A stretch of 63,080 nt of DNA, filler included, from Choristocarpus tenellus KU-1152 (GCA_964200185.2; 10 parts of 10 records of this genome joined end to end with filler, not necessarily neighbours in it), one strand, 5' to 3'; positions 12,775-25,699 are shown, counted from the first letter of the whole stretch. Translations and numbers: made by a program. The notes: generated from the letters alone by a model not told the origin.

Positions 12775-14130
12775 GCCGAACGCATTGTCCTTTATCCATC
12801 GTATTGGCTCTCCAGCTAAAGGTTGGCACCCTCCCATCATTGTGCCTCCCCACCAACACAACACTAAAGGCTCCAGTTTTGGTCCTTCTTCTCCTTTCTT
12901 CCCCACCACCTCCAAAGCCCCTGTCGTCCTGAAGAGCGATACAACCCTTCGCCTTCGCTTACTGCATTTAAGCTCCCACCTCAGCAAATATATAACTACA
13001 ACGTCTACGTTGAGTACCAGAGGCAACCCCTGGCTTGTTGAACAGAACCCCGAAAACGTTTGTATTTCCTCGCCAAATTGAGAACTTTTGGCATTTAAGT
13101 AAGGGGCCTGTGCAACGGCGATAAAAACTCGTCCAAGCCTTGTACCCTTGAAGGACAGGGCGTTGAACCAACCTTGGACCTCTCCGTCTGTTAGGGGGAA
13201 AATCGAAAGCGATATTTGAGAAGCGGGTCCTTAGGTTCCCAAAATTATAAAACCTAAGTTCTTACTTACCAACGCAAACAACAGACAAACTTCTGATAAG
13301 TAGTTCCAAGAAGATATGAAGGTCACAAAAATTAGGAGATGTCTCATCCCTGTCATACCCAATCTTATTGGTTATATAGCTAATAGATTGGGACAAAATT
13401 ACTAATTTTGTGTATAGACAATGACTAATATATATAATATTTTACTTAGTGACAATTTTCATGTAATCTTGTTCATGAAGTGATCATAAATATAGTTTTG
13501 CCGTGAAGAATGTTCGTCGTAGTATTATTTTGTTGTATTTTCCCTGCCGAAATTTTTCGGGATAAAATAATAATTCTCTCCTTTGCATGATTGCCCTCCT
13601 TTACTTTGAAACTTTCACCCGCAACAAAATCATAATATATCATCACTCCGAAATTAAAGACTTTTTATTGGAGTAAATTGATTCTGAAATCGAAACATTG
13701 CAGATTTTTTCTGTCGTCTGTTGCGCTAGGGTCAGGGTTTTGTATTCAAAGGTGTTCGAAGTAATGGTGTATGACGCATGACACATTCCAGTTCTAGTTA
13801 TATGTTATTAATAGGAATCTTGTAAATAGTACAATACAAATAAGGTGTTTCACAATGTATCACATCCCTTGTCACATCCTCTAAGAACAGGAAGCGTTTT
13901 ATGGTAGTGAATTGTTTCCATTCTTCGAAAGAGAGAATGACTTGTTGAGGCAACATACAATTACCAAGAGTTGATAGACATCGGATCATACATCCTCCTG
14001 TACTCACATGTTATCAAAACATATTCAAACATAGTACTACAATATATCAGTGTATAATATTTAATAAATATTTTTTTGTGCAATGGCATACATGTTACAA
14101 GAGTTATCCCTCAGGAAAAGTATGTGGAAA

Positions 14131-14260
14131 AGGAAAGAAAATAGGATACCTCAATAAAAACTAGAGAAGAGGAAAGAAAATAGGATACCTCAATAAAAAC
14201 TAGAGAAGAGGAAAGAAAATAGGATACCTCAATAAAAACTAGAGAAGAGGAAAGAAAATA
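14131..14260. repeat. Tandem repeat, 39-bp unit x ~3.3
   Basis: The unit aggaaagaaaataggatacctcaataaaaactagagaag repeats exactly, with no spacers. Confidence 0.95.
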
Positions 14261-15922
14261 TTGAGTTGGCATTCCCATGACTCATCTGTAAAATGTCTAA
14301 CCTCCGAAAGCCATAATATATATATTTTTTATGGACAAATATATTTCTATTTTTGAATGCAATCACTAGATCTCATGATACTCGCCTACCCCATCTCATA
14401 CCTTTGCGTCAACAATCTCTATTAACCTTCTATATTATGAACGTATGTATCAAGGAGTTGTAGTTGGAACATCAAAATGTGGTGTGTGCATGGAAGACAA
14501 ACCGACAAATATGGAATGTGGTTGCGATGTTGATGGGGACAGATTACAGTGTATATTACTTCTACGAAAAAACGGAAACCATCGCGTTACTCTTCTTTCG
14601 ACCTTCAGCGTTCCAAAGTACCTACCTCCCTTTCAGAGCGAAATCCTCATGGCAAAAGGTCTCTACCTGATAATGGTCAATGGTTGTCAACAACTTTGGC
14701 GTGGAATGGGTGTTTTTTTTTCCCGTGTTAAAGGTTGAAGGTTGATGGGTGCATGGACAATGAAAGGATCTAAGGTGATGGGTGCAGAACCTAAAACAGG
14801 GCGTAAGATAGTTGTGAAAACGATACATGGGTTAGAAGCATTGAAATTCAGGCAGATTGTTGAGACGTCTTCTAATTTACAAACATTGTCACTAGTCCAA
14901 GGGCATTGCCGTTGTCATCCAATGGTTGTTTATATTGCTGCATCAGCTTTTACGCCCTTTCCACTCCAGTCTCTCCCTGATCAATAACGTTCTGACTGTA
15001 ACAGGTTGACCTTATAGTTGTGGCATATGACAGTTACAAAACAATGAGGTCACAAATATGGCGATAGTTATACCAAAAAGGCACTGGTATCCACTAGTGA
15101 ACCAGGATGACAACAATATCATCATGCAATTCACATTTTTAGTCATCACCCTCTGTATAACTGCAGTGTTTTGCATACCAGGCAATATACTAGACCTTCC
15201 ATTTACCTACACGAGACACAGCTTGGGGTATTTTTTGGGTGAGTGTGCTCTATTAGTAATCCCATATACTAAACACCAAACTCCACCCCTATGTACTTCA
15301 CAGTTTGTGCTGTGAGTTGAAATTAAACCCAAATAGTACAGCATGCCAAGAATCAGAGGCCCTGGTAGAGGGCTGGAGTTCAGAACAATAAATAAGATCT
15401 CACATGATGGTAAGTGACGGGATGATAATACTGTACCCACAAAACTACCTGACTGGAAGATCTGACTTCAACCCAACAATGGCTACATATATCGCAAAAG
15501 AACAGAGTGGGTTGCCCCCGGCATGGAGGTGAGAGAACACACAACGTTCAGATAGATTTCCACACCCAGTTTGGAGTAGATTACTAGTGTTTATTTGTGT
15601 GCACATGTGGTTGGGTATAGGGAGACGCGTTGGTATCCGTGCTGCTGCTGACCGGCAAAGTCAGGGTCCTCACATCGCTTGCAGGGTCAAGCCAGTCGTA
15701 CAGTTCACTCGGCCACTTATAGCACAATGAGAACACATGTCGACATACGGGATAAAGATGTGTATCCATTGGTTCTTGTAATGATATCCAATAAATGGGA
15801 GTATACCCATCGCTGTACGCAAGTGAAGTGGTGGGTTATTGTAACTATCATTTTCAGATACAAAACCCTTCTCTTCTCCCAATAGTTTAACATTATTTAA
15901 ACTAGACCGAGGGAATACTTGA

Positions 15923-16190
15923 GAGTCAAAGCATTTAAGAGGGTAGGGCCCCGTCCGTTCGGGGTCATAATTCCGTTGTTGCAGTTTTGATGAATTTTGC
16001 CTATCGTGGTTGTTAGCAAGTGCCAATATCCTTGCTATGGACACACCTTTCATAATCCTATACATTTGCCTACTCCGAAATCCGAGATGTTCACACAGAA
16101 AACCGAAAAAGGGAGTAAAAAACTCGTGGGAAGCCAAGCCCCGAACGGACAAACAGGGCAAAACTCCTAGCCTCTTAAATGCTTTGGGTC
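15923..16190 (+). mobile_element. Diverged copy of the Sola-like MITE
   Basis: gagtcaaagcatttaagagggtagggccccgtcc start; colinear with the 16892 copy; TSD not clear. Confidence 0.75.
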
Positions 16191-16891
16191 TGACTCAGAA
16201 TATTATTTCGTTTATGATGCTGTCTCCCAGAGCCCCGGCATTTGATGTCTTCAATACTAACTTGGAATTCTCTGTTGGCCCCTTTGAAAGGCCAAAGTAA
16301 GAACAACTGAGCCCACATCTACTCATGTACTTTTTCCTAATAATTTTTTGTGCAGTCAGGTAAGATCCTGCCCTGGAACAACCCATCCTTGCTACTATTA
16401 GGCAAAGGCTCCACCGTTGCTTTTCCTCCTCGTCACGGTGGAGCACCCCGCCTGCTTGGTGGTGGAGTTTCTCCTTCTCTTTTCCCCTAGATACGAAAAA
16501 CATTTCTCTCCCATGTGACTTTCTTCCTGGCACTGCTCCAGCACTCACTGTGACTGTTTAGTGGATGTTATCTTTCTCTTCTTTTTCCTCAGCAGAACCC
16601 CCACTGACTTTCCCAGGCATACACCCCCAGGCTGTTTCTTTATTCCTGTGTCTACAGGACAAAGGGTCTACCAACTAACGGAGCATTCCCTTCCTCTCTT
16701 TCCCTAATGGCGCAGTCCCTTTCAGTTACCCTAGAAGCACAAAATAGCGACCTGCAGTACTCCAATTCTGATCAAACAAGGTCAGCATTAACCCACAATG
16801 CGATTACTACGAGTCAGGCACAGACATGATGAGTACTTATCAGGAATATCACTCTGTTTTTTCAACACTTTCAACAGAATTCTCTCGACAT

Positions 16892-17149
16892 GAGTCAAAG
16901 TATCTTAGAGGTAGGGCCGCGTCCATTCGGGGGCCGAAATCCAATGTTGCGATTTCCATGTAATTTTATCTGTCGTGTTTGTTAGGAAGTGTCAGTATCC
17001 TTGTTCCGGACACACCATTTCATAACATACACATATTACCTACTCCGAAACATTTCGGAGTCGGAAAAATATCACAAAAACCCCATAGGAAGCGAAGCCC
17101 CAAATGGACAAACAGGGCAAAACTCGTACCCTCTAAGATACTTTCACTC
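16892..17149 (+). mobile_element. MITE, Sola-like, TSD ACAT
   Basis: TIRs GAGTCAAAGTATCTTAGAG-GTA / TACCCTCTAAGATACTTTCACTC, flanked by acat on both sides. Confidence 0.92.
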
Positions 17150-17519
17150 ACATGTTTGTCTGTCGAGTGCGTGTGATTCCGTTGACAAAGCCCTCAGAAA
17201 GTGTTGCGATATGTGTGGTGTAGGGATCGAGTGCACAAGAGTATGTTGGGAGGGACACTGAGGAGAGAAGAAAGGAGGATCTTGGCAACATATTTTTCTA
17301 AGGAACAAGTGCGAGAGCAAAGCAACCTAAACGTAGCATAGACTGTATTCCAACCTCTGTCGTTTTGGTTGTATTGATTAGAGTGTGAAATCTTGAAGCT
17401 TCAACCACCATCATTTTACACACGGCCAAAAGGTCAAAAAAGGGAAGTCATTAACACCATGCATCCACGTAGACCTTGAACAAAATCTCAATGTTTTCCT
17501 TCTAGAGGGGTAGGAAGTA

Positions 17520-18000
17520 CGTCACAAAAGTAGTTTTTGTTTGGATAATTGCCTCGAAATCCCCCTTTCTGGCATCTTAGGAGACCTTGTTACCCTGGGA
17601 ACCACGAGTCCAAATAGAGGGGCAAACAGGACCAGACAGCTAACGAATGTTGGTCTCCAAACACTCCGAGTGCAAACCATGTCAAATATTCCTGAAGGAT
17701 AGTCCCCTGCCCAGTGCATGATGCTGGGTGTAAGCAAGGCAAGTACCCCTAAACCATTTGTGAAGGTATAATCATGGAAAGTGAATAGATTTTGCAGCAC
17801 ACAATCGTGATATTTTGGGGCACGATATCAACCACAAGTGCCAATTCATTGTATCACTTGATTACCCCAGTGGGGTGTATGTTCTATATGATGCAGACAT
17901 TGAGCCTATGACCCAAGGCAGTTTCTTTAGGATGATGGCAGTGGCGGTGAAGGTGTCAAGGTTATTCGGGTGAATATGTTTGAGTTGAAGACGGAAAACA
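17520..18000 (-). pseudogene. Degenerate transposase N-terminal fragment, possibly PIF/Harbinger-like
   Basis: Nucleotide similarity to 40260-40420 (aatagaggggcaaaca; aagcaaggcaagtac) and, inverted, to 19340-19490. Broken frames read GVLALL... Family call is by eye. Confidence 0.35.
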
Positions 18001-19119
18001 TGTGACTCTGACCTCGCAAAAGTTGCAGACATTATGCAGATATAGGTTCAGGCCAGATCTACAAGCACACTGAGGAGTTTGTTTACGTTGGAGGCAACAT
18101 ACTAATAAACCTAGTATCGCCAGTGAGATCAGACAATGGGGTCAAAACCCTGGGGCCGTGTCGGCAAGCAACTACAATTTGTAGTCTGTGACAAACTGGA
18201 CAGGTTCGTCACTTGAGCTTGAGATATCTGAATGCTCTCAAGACTAAGCTATACGAGGCTCTTTATATTGTGGATGAGTGACATGGACACTCCGCTAGTC
18301 TACAATCTATATGATGCTTTACTCTCGTCATCATAGACTCCTCCCTCGCTTCCTTGGATTCGTAATTGATCACTCTACTTGCACTACAAATATGCCCTTG
18401 TGAAGGCTTTGTGTGAGATAGTATCAAGGTGACGTGTGGAAAAACGGATGTTCGACTTTGCAGGGCTTGTACATACATATAGGGCATGAGTTACCCCCGT
18501 AGGCGTTAATGCTTGGGGAAGTTGCAGATGGAAATGGAAGAGTAAGGTGAACAGTAGAAGAACTGGTGGATGTACCTGCGAGACTACCTTGAAAAGTTTG
18601 AGAGGGTACGGTTTGAGGGATGGAGTACATGGGCAACAAACCAGAATAGGTGGTATGAGCTTGTGGTTGATGACACAAAGAACTCGTTGGCATTTCATGG
18701 CACCTTCGATAGCTGATTCACGTTATACTAGAGAGGGGATAGAAGAAGGAAAATGCATACTCACCACTGTCTGCTTAATGCTTTTTTTTATTGTGTCGCT
18801 CTATTGGGGTTGATTATATTCTTCTTGCGTTCCTGTTTACACAATGTAATTTGTGATGATTGATTTTTTGGACTGGATAGACTGGGTGTGAAATAATTTT
18901 TGTTTCTTCCTCCCCTTTTCCGTACAACCTGATAATGTGTCACAATGGTAATCACATCCTATCCCAACTTTTGAACATCAATACATAACACCTGTTTTTT
19001 TTCCGTTTGCACCAAATACTAAATCCTCTTTCTTTTATTTTCTCTTTTGGTGGTTTTTGCTTTCTTTATCAGTGAATCGAGGAACAGATGAGAAACCTTT
19101 CTCTTTTAAGTCACACACA

Positions 19120-19700
19120 CACCCCTATTTCGCTTTTTTGGGGTGGGATGGTTTCCAAAAAAGTACGTTTTCAGATATTTTCGTTTCCTTCTTTAACGAG
19201 CGATTTAGGGACCTTTCTACAAAAAAAGAAGAAATTGCGATATGGTCCAAGTAGAGATGTCATCGATATCATAAATTGTACGATAGTGTGTTGGGCGATT
19301 TCTTCCCTTTCCATATTCACATTTACAAACATCGTTCAGTGTCCCTTGCCTTTCCTGGCACCCAATTGTCAGGCACACATTGGCAGGGGAGTATCCCTCA
19401 GGGATGTATATTTGGCTTGGTATGTGCACTTCGTACCCTCGGCAACCAATCTTTGTTAACAGTTTGGTACTATTTGTCTTCCTGTTTCACTCATTGTTAT
19501 CAGGCGATGATGCTCCTCTCAAGGTACCAGAAAGTGATATTTGTATGCGATCGTCCTGATGAAAAACACTCTTGCAACCTACTTCCTACCCCTCAAAATG
19601 GACAACGTGTAGGTGTCATTCGAGGTCCATGTGGGCGTATGGGGGTAAGGATTTTCCTCCATCACTACATTCGAGCACATTGAAAATGTTAGTTATGGAA
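19120..19700 (+). pseudogene. Degenerate transposase fragment related to 17520-18000 and 40200-40480 (Harbinger-like)
   Basis: Frames give GFQKSTFSDIF...FNERF and VPSATN...QFG-ICL. VPSATN also occurs on the minus strand near 40310. Confidence 0.35.
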
Positions 19701-19889
19701 CTTGGGGGATTGTTATTATATTTTGTTGCCGTCTCCCCTTTAGATTTCTTGCTTTTTCTACATGATCATCCCTGCAACATGTTGGTAGTGGGCGTCAAAG
19801 TAACAATAATATATATTTATACCATGTATAGAAATACCTCTGGTACATACAAAATTGATATTAAATTTACATGGTCTTCCATCTCCTCT

Positions 19890-19952
19890 CTTTATTATTA
19901 TTATGCCCTCTGACATTTTGTAGATATGTATCAGGTGGGAAACCAATGAAAA
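19890..19952 (-). repeat. Dispersed ~55-bp hairpin + (AAT)n motif (other copies 19992-20012 partial -, 30864-30920 +, 40093-40148 +, 41168-41222 +, 53793-53840 -)
   Basis: Consensus ttttcattggttttcccctgacacatctgcaaaatgtcagagggcataataata; ccctgaca pairs with tgtcag(a)ggg. Confidence 0.8.
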
Positions 19953-22900
19953 CTATACATTAGCCCTAAAGATTTCTCCTCTCTTTATTTTATTATTATG
20001 CCCTCTGACATTCTCTATATTGTTGTACTACTATTATTATCCTGGGTGTATGCTGACAGCCCCAGAGTGCCATGTAGATCAATGTTCAATGTGATTGGTT
20101 GTGACCAGTCAGAACAGAAAACGCAATTTCGGCTTTGATGGTTTCAATCCACTGTTCATACCTCCAATCTACCCTAACCCTACACCATTTTTTTTTTCCA
20201 ATGTCACAATCCCTAGAAAATATTACCATACATATTAATAATATATACTTGTACTATATGGTAGAATAGTGTACTCTCATACGTCCTTCTCTGTTCTAAA
20301 ATATCTGTATGAAAACGTCTGTTGTTTTAGTGGTTGGAACCCAAAATCCATCAAGGTACAGTACCAAACCGTTCTGTTCAAGGGTCTATTTTGCTGCTAC
20401 AAATAAGAGGTGAGTGACTTTCACGAATTATTTCGAGTATAAAAAATGTTGAGGTTCGTATCTCCACATAATTTTGAGTTGGGTGTAGAAGTATTAGAAA
20501 GGTAGGGGTGAAAGTGTGTTAGAACTACTATACAACCATTCACTGAAAACTGAAAGCGAAGAGGCATCTCAAGGAGAAGGTAAGATGTCCAGGGCCAATC
20601 CCTTGGCGGATTGTACGACATTGTGATTGTACATCCACCGTTAACTTTTGACTGGAATGATGTCCTCCCAATCTGCGCTGAGTGGACCAAGTTTGAGGAA
20701 GGCGACAAAGCCGGTGGGGTATTACATCTTGTGAAGAAGACCAAAGATTCTAAAACTGTCGAAGGATATCCGAGGGGTGCAGTGGCTGTAAACCTTGCGG
20801 CGGAAGATTTGGGGGACGTAGTGAAATGCGTTGTTTCTGCCTACTCCATGCACGTTGTGTATGAGGTGGAATGCCTCGACATTTGGTGTTGCGAGGGAGG
20901 AAGAAGGGGCAGACGACGAGGAGGGGAAATATCTGTTGGAGGAGAGTCAATTTCTGGAAGATGACCCAGTACCCGGATTCCAAAGCACAGCCTTGGAGGG
21001 AGTGCTTGAGTTTTGATGCAATACTTCACAGAATGTAAGTTGGTAAATCAAGGGTAAGGCTAAGGAACTCGCAATGCGAGTTGCTGCCAATATCTGAATC
21101 CCTTCCCCAGGTGTGTAACGGCGAAAAAAGACGTAGCATAGACGTGTGGATCCCATCAAGCAGGTATCCTTAGGGAACTTGACATGCAGGTGCCTCTTTG
21201 TGCGGAAGGAGACAAGCACGAAGTCCTTATCCACTATGTGCATGTCCTGACTCTAAGCAGGAAACCAGAAGTAGATTTGTTGCAGGTGACTGCTTGTGCG
21301 GTATGGAGGATTTGTATCTTCCGAATAATTGTTATTGCTCTGCAATTGGGCGCACCACAGGTCTACTAGACATGTAGATGTTAGGCTGTACAGGTACCAC
21401 CAGTCGTGTATGACAGCTGCGATGGCAATGATGTTTTGTGTAGATGGTATGAATAGCATCTCTAAGGCTATTGCATATGCTCCCATGCGATACTGATTAC
21501 TTGATTTTTCAACGGCACATTGTAGTGTGTTATTTAGATGTAAAAATGAGGGATAGGTGATACGGAAGGACATCATGTAACACGGTGTATGAACACGAAA
21601 GGAGGGGTAGTAAGTACTATAATTGAGAAGGGTGGAAGTTGTTGAAACCACTTAAGCTTATTTTGAGGGTACATCATAATATGTGGATAGTGTGCTAAAT
21701 TTTTGGCGTTGGTAGCTGCATAGGACGTCAATATTGTGAGCAGTAAAACTATGATTACGGATGGGTGGATCTTCGGTGGCTTTGATGGGAACTATCCCTG
21801 AATGAGAGGTGTTTAACGTTTATTGTTAACCAGCAAGTAGATGTGTTTTTTTCCAACAGCCTGGAAGTAGGGATGGACTCGGTTGGGGAGTAAAGGTTTA
21901 ACATAGTTATGGAATACAATATGAATGGGGGTGGTTACATGTAAGGCAACAAATGATGTTGCATTGCATATTTCTGTTGGGGGAGAAGATTTCCATTGCT
22001 TCGCTTTGTGGTCAGATAGAGTCGACCCTTATCAATTGTCTATTTTGAAGAATAGACACAGACACCAGTGACCCCATTGTGGAATCAATCTATGTTGGAT
22101 AGGGGTGTAAGTGTTATACAATATATGGTGTCAACATTGTTGGGGAAGCGTGGATTCGCATGTCTGAAGAAATTTAGATATACTTTGTATTTGATGGGAA
22201 ATTTTAATTAAAGATAGACAGAGGAATGCAGAAAACATATGTAAGAATATTTTGTCATACATCTGGATAGAGGCAATAAAATATTACAATCTACCTATAT
22301 TTTGACATTCGTAACGCTTCATCAACAAGAGTCGATGTTTGGGCATGGATCGCAAAATGCCATGTGCCATCCACCTACTACAGAATACTACTCCATTACC
22401 AACATAATATCTTTAGATTTAGCGTGATCCATTGAAACACAGGGTGAGATCTTCTATAAGTTCAATTTTTTGGGTCATTCAGTTCTACTGGAGGGAACAA
22501 AAGCGGAATTTTTCTGATGCATGGTGCAGTTTGTTGCTGGTGGGGAACTTGTTCAAATGAAGTCCAATCTGGCACTGCGTGTGTATGTGTGTGTACTCTC
22601 TTAGCATTTAAAGGAATGTACCCACCTAGTCAGTGGCGATGATGATACCTGTTGTTTGTTTTGTCATATTAACCCCATGTGTTTTGTCCGGGGAATAAGC
22701 AGAGGCAAGATTGTAAAGAATGTGAATAGATCATGTGACTCTGAATCATCCCGATTGAGCGCACGAAAGTTACCAAAAACTTTCCCTTTTCTGCCACTCT
22801 TACCCGTGTCAATTCTTGTCTGAGGGTCCTCCACAATCAGACCTAAAAAAAATTAATCCAATGGTCCTTATAGTAAGTATTTTTCCTATGGTTTGCAATA

Positions 22901-23279
22901 ACGAAACGGGGTATGTATCAAAAGGTCTTTGACCCAAAGTATCTGGGAGGGGGNNNNNNNNNNNNNNNNNNNNNNNNNNNNNNNNNNNNNNNNNNNNTTA
23001 ATTAATTAANNNNNNNNNNNNNNNNNNNNNNNNNNNNNNNNNNNNNNNNNNNNACCCAAAAATCGCGACATGAAAAAATTGACCCCAAATGGGCAGCTGC
23101 CACCCCCCCCCTCCTAGATTGGCTCTGCACCACACAATGAAACTTCTTCCAGAAAGGTCCCTTGACTGGTTAGGGAAATTTTTCACACACAAGTTGGGGT
23201 TGGGCTTAGGATTAGGGTTTCTCAGAAATTTGTGGGAAAAAGCAAAGAAATATTAATTCGAAGTACTGTGGTGGTTCCT

Positions 23280-24700
23280 GAAGAAGGAGGGATTCCACTG
23301 TGTACTGCACTTTGTGCATTTGCTCTTCTCTTCTGCCACTCTTCTCCTTGTAAGTCTCACTTGGAGCACCTACATTCGTCATAAAGTTCACCAGGAGTTA
23401 GTTCTCCAAGGTCATAGACATGTGTACCTAGGTCTCACATTTGATTACGTCACAACCACCAGGTTCAGAAGCTCACTTTTCTGACCCTCAATTCAGTCGC
23501 ATCGTTTTGTCAGTGCCATGTGCTGCGTCACCCATTCGTGAGTGAGCATGAATAGGCATCTAAAAGTGGAAGTGGCAAGTGACCGAGGTGGTCGTTTCTG
23601 GCAGACAGAACTTCGCAAGCGTGGTCTGAACTAGGTCATAGTCATGTATGCATTTAGGTCAACAAAAAATATGGGAACAGGGTATCTTCTTCTCCTGTTT
23701 GAGGTCCTGTAGGGCATGCAGCGCAGACACTACTATGTCCACGTTCAGTAATTTTTTTAGACCGAAGCTTACACTACTTCTCCATTTCCGTCTTGCATTG
23801 GATGTAGGTGCGGACCTACATGGTGCACCACCTGATCTGTCTCAATATGATGCACAAGGAAAGCTCCCTTTGGCTGGTCCCATGACACCAGCAGTATGAT
23901 GCACTTCTAGCCACAGCTGACTGCCAAGTTTGTGTGGTGCATTAGACTGGCGTACTAAATGTCGGCGTACTCACCAGTGAATCCACCTCTTCCCCTAAAA
24001 GGTGCAATAGGCTGATGCCCTGTTGTCGGAGTCAGTACCTGTAGTGCAAAGGACGAAAAACTGCATGTTGATAATCTTCTCCCCTCAAAAAATCAGCATC
24101 CAACTCCACTGAGTAGAGACTTGCTCTTTGTCCTGTGTTCATCTGCCTGATGTGACTCTGCCACTCGGTTATACTGTGGTTCGTTTGCCCTCAATATCTT
24201 AGAGGTCCGCATAACAACCATTTTCACCAACAAAGCCTGAAGCTCCTCTCCCTCTTGCCACTCACCACCAGGATTTTGCCTCACAAAACGAAGACTCATT
24301 CCACAGGAGGAAACCACTACATCCTTGTGCACTGTGCTAGTGTGACACTGCCCCATTCTTCTCGCACATTGTTTGAACCAGATGACACAGTTGCTATTGG
24401 CATTGTCTATTTTTATCTATTTTCTGGGGTTTGAAATCACTCCAATTGATGCGCTTTCCAAGGTAGAGATCCACTTGAATGAGCTTAGAAGTATGTTGCG
24501 GGGAAGACCGGAGGAGTATGTTCAACAGTCATTGAATTGTTCTCCAGATAAAAGGGGCTCCCTAGCAGCCTTTGAGACCCATCCCACACCCGTATATTTT
24601 GCTGGGTCGTATGATGATGTACTAATGACACCTGACATAACATGACATTTATGATACGGCATGCTGATGAATCAATTGATTGATATACTGAGCATATAAT
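23280..24700 (-). pseudogene. Highly degenerate transposase-like remnant, possibly KDZ/CxC type
   Basis: Ordered fragments HDYDL, LPLLDAYS and IEGQKSELLN loosely resemble the KDZ YD, FHAY and DGE..E.LNS motifs. Many stops and frameshifts. Confidence 0.25.
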
Positions 24701-25699
24701 GAAGCCTTTCTTGTAGCATCTGACCAATCAATCTATTTATTGTATTTCACATTCTCACGGCTTGTTTTACTGGCTAGACGAAACCAATAACAAACATACA
24801 TTCAGTATCCTTCGATCATTTCTTGTGTTTAGACCTCTATGCTTGTATCCACACTTGCAACACAAAACAGAATATAGATTACTGCAATAAACTCAACTGT
24901 TAGGATGCAGGGAAGGGTGGGAGGTGAACTATTAATAGTGATGGGATGGCTGATCCCATCTCATGGGAAGGGAGACGCGCAGCTGTCACGGGTACCTGGA
25001 TAGGTGCCTTGAAACCGCGGTTAAGGTTCAGTCTAGCTCAATAAACGTAAAATTATATAAAGAACCTGCTACTGACAATGCAGTGTGAATAGGCACTTAT
25101 ATATATATACATGTATATAGTCATGTCCAAAAGTCCTTCGACATCCAGAACACCCCTACAGCATCCCTCCCCTCTCCATTTTTAAAAGACACTCGTTTTT
25201 CTTAGCCCTCACAACCTGCATCATGTTGGTTCATTCCCATCCCCCTTCCCTGTGCTCCCCTCACCCATGCACGCACCAATGACTTGTCTTTGTCAGGATG
25301 GGTGGTGGCAAATCAAGCACCAGATTTACGTACAATACGGGATGAATCTCCCAAGGCGATTTGCATCAAGATAAAACGAGCATTGCGCCGCAACTTTGGG
25401 GAACATGCCGGTCTGTATGTATGTTCTCTTGCATGTAGCAATTTGGTTATCTGTACTGGTACAATACACAATATGGAGGGATTTGTCTCTGTGTAAGAAA
25501 TTGACTAGTACAACGGTTCAAGGCAAAATTAATTAATTCAGTATACATGATCGATATTTCGACTAAATAGTGTGTATGCATGTATGCATACATGCATAGT
25601 ATAAACATATAATTGTTGGGGTTAATTGGTACTGTACTCCGAAGTACTTGTGTGTGTGGGAGGTGGAGTGGTGGTGGGAGGAGTTCAAACAGTTACAAT

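Noticed and set aside
14131-14260. 39-bp and 43-bp (54418-54587) arrays as CRISPR-like
   Set aside because: Head-to-tail units with no unique spacers, no cas genes, and a eukaryotic context.
20611-20964. Plus-strand 117-aa ORF as a gene
   Set aside because: Probably the antisense shadow of the decayed minus-strand frame; no motif or splice support.
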